Source of the DNA: an uncultured delta proteobacterium
Lineage (GTDB): Bacteria; Myxococcota_A; Polyangia; Fen-1088
Reading direction: 5' to 3'
Assembly: GCA_963796685.1 (NCBI GenBank)
Contig: CAWCMR010000025.1
Coordinates: 160,001 to 224,000, forward strand
DNA length: 64,000 nt
Shown: one piece after another, positions 32,315 through 41,238 of the stretch
How the letters are laid out: the number at the start of each line of letters is the position of its first letter
Numbering within the stretch: position 1 is the first letter of the stretch
The notes under the pieces: model-generated
Told to the model about the DNA's origin: nothing
The model's database searches: none
Seen by the model: only the letters and a program-made list of their open reading frames with translations
Position numbers and translations under genes: made by a program

Positions 32315-33868
32315 ATGCGACGACGATTACAGCTACTGGGGCTATCGGGAACATTCCTGACCGGCTTCCTGTCGATGCATGCCTTTGCCCAGGAAGCCAC
32401 GGACGCCGACGCGCAACAACCCACCGAAGAGCCAAAAGCCGAGTCGCCGGCATCGGTTGCCCCAGCCGCCGTTGCCCCAGCCGCCGCAGTTGCCCCAGCC
32501 GCCGCAGTTGTGCAAACCGCGGTTGCGCCAGCCGGCAAACCGAAAGTCGGAGATCTGACCACGCACGGATATTTCCGGGGCGGCGCTGGCATGAACTACG
32601 ACCAAAAGGGCCGTATGACGTGCTTCAACCTCGCTCTCATTGGGGGGATACTCTCCAAGTATAGGCTCGGCAACGAGTGCGAGGTGTGGGGCGAGTTGGA
32701 CCTGACATCGGTGGTGTACGCGGGCGAGGATGGCACGGTCGCATCGTTGCACTTCATGCCGGTCGCCTACATACCGACCTCCCATATCGGCTACACCCCG
32801 ACCGGGGTCACCTCTTCGGACCTGGGTTCGCCCGGAACCGGCGCGACGGTGGCCTTCCCCAATCTCTACGCTGACATCAAGGGAATTTCTTGGCTTTTCG
32901 GAGGGACCCCCTGGGTCGGTACCCGCTACTACAAGCGCGAAAGCGTTTACATCAGCGACTTCTATTATTGGAACCCCTCCGGCGTGGGAGCGGGCGTCGA
33001 AGATGTCAACCTTGGATCCGTGTTCGGCAGCAGCAGCGACTTCATGAAAGACCTGCGGCTCAGCTATGCTGTTTTCGCCGTCGATGGGCAACCCAACTCC
33101 AGTACTCAGCCGGCGCTGCCGCTGCAGGTCGACCTTGGCATTCGAAACGATGTGCAACTACGAGGGATCCGGCCGTACAAAGGTGGTGAGCTCCAGATCG
33201 GGTTCCAGTACATCGCGAATTGGACCAACAAGAGTGAGCCGGCCAACGGCAACGGCAACACGAAGGGCGGCTGGGGCGTCACTATCCAACACGTCCAGGA
33301 CTTACTGGGCGGCAACAACAAGCTGGCTCTTCAATACGGCAAGGGCGGTGGATCGGGCTTTGGAACGCTCGGACGCTTCTATTACCCCGACTTCTCGATC
33401 TACTACCTCCCGGGACAGTCCCGGCTGCGCGTCCTCGATGTGCTCACCATTCAGCCCGCCGACTGGCTGGGCACGCAAATCGTCGGGGTGTACCAGCGCG
33501 ACAAGGGCTACCTGCAAGGTGAGTCCTCGTCGACTTGGTACTCCGCCGGCACGCGCGTAAGCATCGCATTGGCCGCGCACGCCAAACTGCTTGGCGAGGT
33601 CGGCTACGACCACGTGCAAAAGAACAACGGCGCAGCCCCGCAATGGCTGGCCAAGTTCACCATTGCCCCCGCGATCGCCGGCGCCAAAGGATTCTGGGGT
33701 CGCCCGGAGCTACGCCTGTTCTACACCTATGCGATGTGGAGCGAGGCTGCTGCCATCGCCACCGTCGATTCGGGCCAGGTCTACACCAGCCCGATCCCCG
33801 ACACGGACCCTCCTGTGTATCGGTTGAGCGGCTCCATTGCCGGCGTGCAAGCCGAAGCCATGTGGTAG
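32315..33868 (+). CDS. LamB/maltoporin-family carbohydrate porin
   Basis: Signal peptide, HGYFRGG, YRLGNECE, RYYKR, RPELRLF, C-terminal AEAMW. Confidence 0.85.
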   Translation: MRRRLQLLGLSGTFLTGFLSMHAFAQEATDADAQQPTEEPKAESPASVAPAAVAPAAAVAPAAAVVQTAVAPAGKPKVGDLTTHGYFRGGAGMNYDQKGRMTCFNLALIGGILSKYRLGNECEVWGELDLTSVVYAGEDGTVASLHFMPVAYIPTSHIGYTPTGVTSSDLGSPGTGATVAFPNLYADIKGISWLFGGTPWVGTRYYKRESVYISDFYYWNPSGVGAGVEDVNLGSVFGSSSDFMKDLRLSYAVFAVDGQPNSSTQPALPLQVDLGIRNDVQLRGIRPYKGGELQIGFQYIANWTNKSEPANGNGNTKGGWGVTIQHVQDLLGGNNKLALQYGKGGGSGFGTLGRFYYPDFSIYYLPGQSRLRVLDVLTIQPADWLGTQIVGVYQRDKGYLQGESSSTWYSAGTRVSIALAAHAKLLGEVGYDHVQKNNGAAPQWLAKFTIAPAIAGAKGFWGRPELRLFYTYAMWSEAAAIATVDSGQVYTSPIPDTDPPVYRLSGSIAGVQAEAMW

Positions 33869-33886
33869 CCGGAGAGGAACGCAGCC

Positions 33887-35047
33887 ATGGCCATGACATC
33901 CACCCTGTCCGTCCTTGTCCTAGCGTCGACGCTGCCCATGCTGACGTCGACGGCGACAGCCTCCGCCGAGCCCAGCAAGAAGGCCGCGCCATCGGTCAGC
34001 GAAACCGCGTTCGGCACCCTCGAAGACGGCGGGAAGGTGACCCTCTACACGCTCACCAACCCGTCCGGCGCCGAGGTCAGGATCATCAACTACGGGGCCA
34101 TTGTCGTCTCGCTGAAGGTCCCCGATCGCCAGGGAAAGCTCCGCGACGTCGTTCTCGGCTATGACGATCTCGCGGGATACGTCAAGGACAAGAATTTCTT
34201 CGGGGCCATCGTCGGTCGGTACGGGAACCGCATCGCGGCGGGCAAATTCACGCTCGATGGGAAGACCTATCAGCTCGACCTCAACGATGGTCCGAACCAC
34301 CTGCACGGTGGCGCACACGGCTTCTACAAGAAGCTGTGGAAGGGGGAGCCGATCAAAGGCAAGCAGGGCCCGGGCGTGAAGCTCACTTATGTGAGCAAGG
34401 ACGGCGAGGAGGGATATCCCGGAACCGTCACGCTGACCGTCACGTACACGCTGACCCGCAACAACGCCCTTCGCATCGAGTACCGCGGGACGACCGACAA
34501 GCCGACCATTCTCAACCCGACCAACCACTCTTACTTCAATCTCAGCGGAGATCCGACGCAGACGATTCTCGGCGAAGAGCTGACCATCGACGCCGACAAG
34601 ACGACACCGGTCGGTGCGGGCCTCATCCCCACGGGAAAGCTGGCGGATGTCGCGGGCACCCCGATGGATTTTCGCAAAGCTACCAAGATCGGCGCCCGCA
34701 TCGACGCCCAAGACGAGCAGCTGGCTCTCGGCAAGGGCTACGACCACAACTGGGTTCTTCGCGGCGCTTCCAAGAAAGTGCGCAAGGCAGCCGAGCTTTA
34801 CGACCCGACCAGTGGCATTGTCATGCAGGTGCTTACCGATCAGCCAGGCCTCCAGTTCTACTCTGGCAACTTCCTCGACGGGACCGTCCATGGCAAGGGT
34901 GGCTTGGCCTATCGGCACCGCACCGCGCTGTGTCTGGAAGCACAACTATTCCCCGATGCGCCCAACCACCCTTCATTCCCCAGCGCCGTGCTCCGGCCCG
35001 GTCAACATTACACGCAGACCACCCTCTACCAGTTCTCAACGCGATAG
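33887..35047 (+). CDS. galM: Aldose 1-epimerase (mutarotase), with signal peptide
   Basis: GRYGNRI, NHLHGG, DGEEGYPG, TNHSYFNL, GYDHN, PGLQFYSGN. Confidence 0.92.
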   Translation: MAMTSTLSVLVLASTLPMLTSTATASAEPSKKAAPSVSETAFGTLEDGGKVTLYTLTNPSGAEVRIINYGAIVVSLKVPDRQGKLRDVVLGYDDLAGYVKDKNFFGAIVGRYGNRIAAGKFTLDGKTYQLDLNDGPNHLHGGAHGFYKKLWKGEPIKGKQGPGVKLTYVSKDGEEGYPGTVTLTVTYTLTRNNALRIEYRGTTDKPTILNPTNHSYFNLSGDPTQTILGEELTIDADKTTPVGAGLIPTGKLADVAGTPMDFRKATKIGARIDAQDEQLALGKGYDHNWVLRGASKKVRKAAELYDPTSGIVMQVLTDQPGLQFYSGNFLDGTVHGKGGLAYRHRTALCLEAQLFPDAPNHPSFPSAVLRPGQHYTQTTLYQFSTR

Positions 35048-35073
35048 ACATGAACCAGCCTGCGAGAAATCGA

Positions 35074-35101
35074 GACGGAATTCGCTCGCTCATCCCACTA
35101 C
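35074..35101 (+). promoter_or_regulatory. Bipartite motif copy 4
   Basis: GACGGAATT-cgctcgctcatc-CCACTAC upstream of GH54. Confidence 0.6.
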
Positions 35102-35274
35102 ATAGATCAATGCATGGGATCGTCCGTTCGGCGATCACCCATGACAATGTCGAGACAGCAGTAACAATAGAAGAAATAGCAACTACGAGACGCTGACCAG
35201 GGAATGTGTGCTGCCATCAGGCGGCAATTCGCACCACCGCGATTCTGGTTCGACCCAAGCCAAGGAGAAGTCAA

Positions 35275-37311
35275 ATGAAGCTCCAGTCTGCAGTTTTTGC
35301 AACAGCAGCGGTATTCGGAATGGTTTCAGGTGCGTGCACCTCTACGAGCACACCATCGGGAACCGGAGGAAACACGGCGGCGAAGACTGGCGGGTCCTCT
35401 GGCAGCGGCGGGGCGAGCAAAGGCGGAAGCTCCGGTAGCGGTGGGCAGGCGGGCGGAAGCTCGGGTGGATCGGGGGGCGCAGGAGGCGGACAGACGGGCG
35501 GAAGCTCCGGCAGCGGAGGCTCGTCGACCTGCAATGCTTCGGCCAGCGTAACTCCATGCGGCGGGGACGTCACCGGAACCTGGACCGTGACCTCGGCGTG
35601 TCTAAGTCTGTCCGGTCCACTGGACATGCAGACCCTGTTTGCCTTGTCATGCCCGACCGGGCAAGTCACGGGGAGCCTTCAGGTGACCGGAACCTGGACC
35701 GCCAAGGCCGATGGGACGTTCGTGGACGGCACGACCACGACAGGCACCGAGCAGCTCTCCCTGCCTTCCGAATGCAAGATCCTCTCGAAGTCCCCTGTGA
35801 CCTGCGACCGAATCGGTTCGGTCATGTCGGGTGGATACTACGACACCGCGACTTGCGTCGACGCTGCCGACGGAGGCTGCACGTGCTCGGGCACTATCAA
35901 ACAGACCGGCTCGATGGGCTTTGTAAGCTCTGACCCACAGACCAGTGGCAATTACACGACCGCGAGCAACACCATCACGAATACCCAGGACAGCACGCAG
36001 CTCTCGTACTGTGTGTCAGGCAACAAGCTGACGTTGACCCCGCAGGGCACCAGCCCGGCCGCGACAGGCACGATCGTGCTGCAAAGTGGGGCTGGTGGCG
36101 GTGGCGGATCTGGAAGCGGAGGAGCAACCGGGAAAGGCGGAGGCTCTGGGTCAGGCGGCGCCAGCGGTGGCGGTGCCAGCGGCTCGGGCGGTGCGGGCGC
36201 AAGTGGCGGAGCCAGCGGCTCGGGCGGCGTCTCTGCGGCGGGCGGCAAGAGCGGTTCCGGCGGTACGGCCGGATCAGGGGGCATCAGCGCGAGCGGAGGT
36301 TCGGCGGGTAGCGGAGGCTCGCCGAACATCGGCAGCGGCCCCTGCGACATCTACGCCGCGGCCAGCATGCCTTGTGGCGCCGCGTACAGCATGGTTCGCG
36401 CGCTGTCGAGCAAGTACAGCGGTCCACTCTACCAGGTCCGCAACGGGAGCTCCGCCACGAACACGGGCACGGGCGGCACGACCAAGGATATCCTGATGCT
36501 CGCCGACGGCTACGCGGATTCGGCATCGCAGGACACCTTCTGTACCAGCACCTGCACGGTCTCGAAGTTGTATGACCAGTCCGGGAACGGGAACGATCTC
36601 ATCAGGGGGTCCGCAGGCCCCTCGGGCAACGGCACACGCTCTGCAAACGACGACTACGAGGCCGTCGCGAACAAGATCTCGATAACGGCCGGCGGTCACA
36701 AAGTCTACGCGCTCTATGTACAGGTCTATGGGGGGTATCGGACTGCGTTGAATGTCACGGGCAAAGGCATCCCGACCGGCAACAAGGACCAGGGCATCTA
36801 CGAGCTCGTAGACGGCACCCACTTCGGTAAGCAATGCTGCTGGGACTTCGGCTCTGTCTCACCCGACCCCAACAAGTACGTGACCATGAACACGTTGTTC
36901 TTTGGAACCGGCTTTTGGGGCTCCGGCGCTGGCAGCGGCCCATGGTTCGGGGGGGACTTCGAGGGCGGCGTGTGGATGGGCGGCTCTTCTGCAACGCCAG
37001 GAGCCAACTCGAGCAACCCGTCCATGGGCGTTGCTTTCGCCCTCGGCGTTCTCCACACGCCGGTCGGGAAGTATTCCCTTAGGATGGCGGACATATCGAC
37101 TGCCAGCGATCTCACGACCGCCTACGACGGTAACATCCCCAGCGGCAAGACGTGGGGCAACGCGGGCGGCATCGTCATGGGTGTTGGCGGTGACAACAGC
37201 AACAATTCGGAGGGAACCTTCTTCGAGGGCGCAGTCACCAACGGAGCGCCGTCAACCGCAACCGACCTCCTCATCATGAAGAATATCCAGGCCGTGGGGT
37301 ACAAGAAGTAG
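35275..37311 (+). CDS. GH54 (AbfB catalytic) lipoprotein with extra N-terminal Cys domain
   Basis: RBS AAGGAG, lipobox SGAC, GPCDIY, YSGPLYQV, YDQSGNGN, CCWDFG, GGDNSN, GTFFEG. Confidence 0.85.
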   Translation: MKLQSAVFATAAVFGMVSGACTSTSTPSGTGGNTAAKTGGSSGSGGASKGGSSGSGGQAGGSSGGSGGAGGGQTGGSSGSGGSSTCNASASVTPCGGDVTGTWTVTSACLSLSGPLDMQTLFALSCPTGQVTGSLQVTGTWTAKADGTFVDGTTTTGTEQLSLPSECKILSKSPVTCDRIGSVMSGGYYDTATCVDAADGGCTCSGTIKQTGSMGFVSSDPQTSGNYTTASNTITNTQDSTQLSYCVSGNKLTLTPQGTSPAATGTIVLQSGAGGGGGSGSGGATGKGGGSGSGGASGGGASGSGGAGASGGASGSGGVSAAGGKSGSGGTAGSGGISASGGSAGSGGSPNIGSGPCDIYAAASMPCGAAYSMVRALSSKYSGPLYQVRNGSSATNTGTGGTTKDILMLADGYADSASQDTFCTSTCTVSKLYDQSGNGNDLIRGSAGPSGNGTRSANDDYEAVANKISITAGGHKVYALYVQVYGGYRTALNVTGKGIPTGNKDQGIYELVDGTHFGKQCCWDFGSVSPDPNKYVTMNTLFFGTGFWGSGAGSGPWFGGDFEGGVWMGGSSATPGANSSNPSMGVAFALGVLHTPVGKYSLRMADISTASDLTTAYDGNIPSGKTWGNAGGIVMGVGGDNSNNSEGTFFEGAVTNGAPSTATDLLIMKNIQAVGYKK

Positions 37312-37454
37312 GGCCCCATCGAGTTGCAAAAAACTCTAATGCCGAACCGTGGTTCGCTGGTCATCCATGACCCACATCAAGCAGTAGGACCTGGCGAAAT
37401 CGCCTGAAGTCCGGTCGCGCGACCACGGCAAGGTGGTAGCCTTCGGGAAGGACG

Positions 37455-39362
37455 ATGCCGCCGGTGACGTTGCATGGAGCGGGCATGCGCGCACATGATG
37501 GGGCGGCGTTGGCGCGGTGTCGGGGTCTCCTTTGGCCGGGGGCGTGCTTGGCGGGGCTGCTCGCGCTCGCGTCGCCCGTGCGGGCCCAGACACCCGCGAC
37601 CGTGGAGATCTCGGTCGACGCCACCGCAGCCGGAACGCCGCTCGAGCGGGTGTGGCCGTTTCACGGCTACGACGAGATCAATGACACGACCACGCCGGAA
37701 GGAACGGCGCTGCTCGGTACCCTCGCCGCCGCGCACACCGCGCCCGTGCACATCCGCAGTCACTTCCTCCTCAACACGGGCGACGGTACCCCGGCGATGA
37801 AGTGGGGATCGACGAACGTCTACACCGAGGACGCCGACGGCAACCCGATCTACAGCTGGACGCTGACGGACGGGATCATGGACACCATCACCGGTGTGGG
37901 CGCGTTTCCGTTCGTGGAGATCGCCTTCATGCCCCAGGCGCTCTCCACCCACCCCAACCCTTACCTCAACAGAAATACCCTGACGCTCGACAGCGGGTGC
38001 TTCTATCCCCCGACCGACCACACCAAGTGGGCGGCTCTCATTCGCACGTGGGCGGCGCACGCCAATGAACGCTATCCGGACGTCGCGACACGCTGGTTGT
38101 GGGAGCTTTGGAACGAGCCCGACAGTGGCTACTGGCACGGAACCTTCGCCGACTACGCGAAGCTTTATGACTACACGGAATCGGCCCTGCATGACGTGCT
38201 ACCCAGCGCGGCGCTCGGGGGCCCGGCGGTGGTGGACCCCGGGGGAACCTTCTTGACCCAATTCCTCCAGCATTGCGCGACGGGCACCAACGCCGTCACC
38301 GGCGGGACCGGCACGCGCCTCGATCTCGTCACCTTTCACGCCAAGGGCGGGACCGCCATCGCCGACGGCCACGTCGAGATGAACCTGGGAAATCAGCTTG
38401 GCCTCCACCGCGCCGGCATGAACGCGGTCGCGGCGGTCGCTGCCTTCCAGGCGACGCCGATCTACATCACCGAGGCCGACCCGGACGGCTGCGCGGCTTG
38501 CTCCGACACCACGACGCCGGCAGATGCATACCGAGAGTCGCCCGCGTACGGCGCGTACGAGGTCGCGATGATGAAACGGACGCTCGAGCTCGAGGAGCGG
38601 CTGGGCGTGAAGCTCGGGGGAATCCTCACCTGGGCTTTTACTTTCCCGGGCACGCCCTACTTCGCCGGATATCGAGTGCTGGCAACGAACGGGATCGACC
38701 TGCCGGTGCTCGGGGCCTTCAAGCTGCTCGGAAGCCTCGCCGGCACACGGCTGCCTGTCGTCAGTAGCGGCGCCTTGACCCTGGACGAGATCCTAGCCGA
38801 CAGCGTGCGCGGGCAGGCCGACACGGACGGGATGGCCACCCTGAACGGCACCCAGGTGCAGGTGCTGGTTTGGAACTACCACGACGATCTGGTGACGGCG
38901 CCAGCGACGCCGATTCAACTGACCGTCAAGGTGCCGAGCACCTTCGGCGCTCGGCTGACGGTGACCCACCTGCGCGTCGACGACACCCACGGCGATGCGT
39001 ACACGCTCTGGACCACGCAGGGAAGTCCGGCGACGCCGTCGGCGGCACAGCTCGCGGCGCTGCAACAGGGAATGGACCCGGCTCCGCTCGGAGCCGTGCA
39101 GACCCTCGACGTCGCGGGCGGATTGGTGAGCCTGGCCTTCGATCTGCCGCGCTTCGGGCTCTCGTTGCTCACGCTGTCTCCGGCCGCCGGGCCGGCCGAC
39201 GCCTCTGCCAACGGTGCTGTCACGCCACTCGGCGCAAAAGGCGGTGGTTGCGCCTGCGCCATCTCGACGGGTGGCGGAGCCCCTGCTCCCCGCGCGCTCA
39301 CCCTCTTCTTCGTCGTTGCCGGTCTCGCAGCTCGGGCTCGAGCCAGACGAGGCATACGCTGA
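37455..39362 (+). CDS. GH39 beta-xylosidase-like protein with MYXO-CTERM
   Basis: GYDE, KWGSTNVYTED, WELWNEPD, YITEADP, LTWAF; tail GCAC, TM segment, RARARR. Confidence 0.85.
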   Translation: MPPVTLHGAGMRAHDGAALARCRGLLWPGACLAGLLALASPVRAQTPATVEISVDATAAGTPLERVWPFHGYDEINDTTTPEGTALLGTLAAAHTAPVHIRSHFLLNTGDGTPAMKWGSTNVYTEDADGNPIYSWTLTDGIMDTITGVGAFPFVEIAFMPQALSTHPNPYLNRNTLTLDSGCFYPPTDHTKWAALIRTWAAHANERYPDVATRWLWELWNEPDSGYWHGTFADYAKLYDYTESALHDVLPSAALGGPAVVDPGGTFLTQFLQHCATGTNAVTGGTGTRLDLVTFHAKGGTAIADGHVEMNLGNQLGLHRAGMNAVAAVAAFQATPIYITEADPDGCAACSDTTTPADAYRESPAYGAYEVAMMKRTLELEERLGVKLGGILTWAFTFPGTPYFAGYRVLATNGIDLPVLGAFKLLGSLAGTRLPVVSSGALTLDEILADSVRGQADTDGMATLNGTQVQVLVWNYHDDLVTAPATPIQLTVKVPSTFGARLTVTHLRVDDTHGDAYTLWTTQGSPATPSAAQLAALQQGMDPAPLGAVQTLDVAGGLVSLAFDLPRFGLSLLTLSPAAGPADASANGAVTPLGAKGGGCACAISTGGGAPAPRALTLFFVVAGLAARARARRGIR

Positions 39363-39504
39363 GCCCGAATCATTTCCGGATTCCAACCACAAGGACACAA
39401 GACGTGTCCATAAATGGACCACCTTTCCCTGACGGCCGCGCCCTTTCGGTGTCCGAGGTCGCCGTGGTAGGGTCTCGTGGGCTAGCCTTCGGGGGCCTCC
39501 GACC

Positions 39505-41217
39505 ATGAACAAGCCAGCCTGGACACCGTCAAGGATTGCTCTCGTCCTGTTGCCCACGGCGCTCTTGACCCTGCTCGCAATCGGAGTCGCTCGGCCCGGC
39601 TACACCGAACCGCTTTTCGTCCACACGGCCTACTACTTCCTGATGGCCACGGTGCTGTGCTGGGTTGGTACCTACCTCTATGCCGCGCGCGAGGTACGCT
39701 GGGCGACGATCGTTACGTGGGTGAAGGAGAATTGGCCGGGGCTCGTCATCTCGCTCGTCGTCACGATCGTCGGGTGGCTCGCCGTCCATCCCGCTCTGCG
39801 CATACTCTCCGACGAAGCGGGCCTGGTCGGGACATCGAAGAACCTCTGGGCCAGCAGAACCGCCACTTTCACCGTTTCGGGCAAATACTACTACGACAGC
39901 TACTGGGACATCGACGTGGCCGTCGACCAGCGGCCGGCGATGTTCCCATTCCTGGTCAGCCTGGTCCATGTCCTGTGCGGCTATTCGTACAAGAACGTCT
40001 TCCTGTTCAACCTGATGGTGCTGCCGGCTTTCGTGCTCGTGGCCTACCGGCTGGCCAGATCCATCGGGAGCAAGACCTTCGCCATCGTTGCCGCCCTGCT
40101 CGTGGTGGCCCATCCCATCACCCTGCTTTCGGTCCGCTCAGGCGGGTTCGATTTCTTGGCCGCCTTCTTCGCTTTGCTGATCATCAAGAGTCTGCACGAC
40201 CACACGCGCGCGCCCTCGCCCGAGAGGCTGGCAATCCTGTGGATGAATCTGTGCATGTTCGCCGAGATCCGCTACGAGAGCGTTCTGTTCCTCCCGCCCG
40301 TGTTGGCGTTGCTGCTTCTCTTCCGGATGGTCACTTGGAGCACCCTGCGTCCTTTCGCCTTCATCTACGCGCTCACGCCTGCCTATCTCATCCCCCGCCT
40401 CTGGCAGGCGGTGTTCCGCGGGAGCATCCCGGAGCAGTCTCCGGGGACTATCGTCTTCAGCTTGAAGAACTTCTTCGACAACGCGCGCGACTACTTCAAG
40501 CCCATCCTGTCGCCCTTCGCTTCCCAGCCCTTGCATTCGGCCATCGTGATCGCCCTGGGCGTCGTCGGGTGCGTTCTCTGGTTGCGCTGGCTTTACCGCC
40601 GGCTCCTCGCGCGCGATTGGAAGAGCCCCCAGGTACGATTCGCCATCTCGGTCGCCGCCTGGATGCTGGTGCAGGCGATTCTCGTCTTCACCTACGTATG
40701 GGGGCGCGCGCAGTACCCATCGGCCGCCCGCCTGGTCCTCGCCATCGACACCTTCTTCGCCTTCCCCGCCGCTTGGGTCTTGACCCTTTGGCTCAGGCGC
40801 TGGAGGCCCTTGGTGGCCATCCTGCTGGCCACTGCGGTCGTCGCCTTCTACCTGCCGGTAGCGTCCCAGCATCGGATGCTGAACCGGCTGACCCAGACCA
40901 GGGAGGTTGCCACCACCTGGCCTTTCTTCGAGGGCCTGCACACCAAACGCATCATCATCGTCGCCGATCGTCCCGGCCTTTACACCATCATGGACTACGG
41001 CGCGATGGACTTCGAGACCGCGAGGCATGACCCCGTCATCTTCGATGCCCTGGCCCACGGCCTGTTCTACGATATCTACCTGGTCCAGCAGATTGACCTG
41101 ACGACGAACGAGCCGTTCCCCGCGTATGCCATCTGGCCCACGCGCAGCCGGCAGACGATGCTGCAGTTTCAAAACGATGCGAACGTGATGGTTCGCATCT
41201 CACGCCTCGCTCATTGA
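39505..41217 (+). CDS. Multi-TM GT-C (ArnT/PMT-like) glycosyltransferase candidate
   Basis: SDE motif after the early TMs, RP..FP.L, IRYE, about 12 TM segments, soluble C-terminus. Confidence 0.6.
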   Translation: MNKPAWTPSRIALVLLPTALLTLLAIGVARPGYTEPLFVHTAYYFLMATVLCWVGTYLYAAREVRWATIVTWVKENWPGLVISLVVTIVGWLAVHPALRILSDEAGLVGTSKNLWASRTATFTVSGKYYYDSYWDIDVAVDQRPAMFPFLVSLVHVLCGYSYKNVFLFNLMVLPAFVLVAYRLARSIGSKTFAIVAALLVVAHPITLLSVRSGGFDFLAAFFALLIIKSLHDHTRAPSPERLAILWMNLCMFAEIRYESVLFLPPVLALLLLFRMVTWSTLRPFAFIYALTPAYLIPRLWQAVFRGSIPEQSPGTIVFSLKNFFDNARDYFKPILSPFASQPLHSAIVIALGVVGCVLWLRWLYRRLLARDWKSPQVRFAISVAAWMLVQAILVFTYVWGRAQYPSAARLVLAIDTFFAFPAAWVLTLWLRRWRPLVAILLATAVVAFYLPVASQHRMLNRLTQTREVATTWPFFEGLHTKRIIIVADRPGLYTIMDYGAMDFETARHDPVIFDALAHGLFYDIYLVQQIDLTTNEPFPAYAIWPTRSRQTMLQFQNDANVMVRISRLAH

Positions 41218-41238
41218 AGGTATTCGCTCGGATAACAA

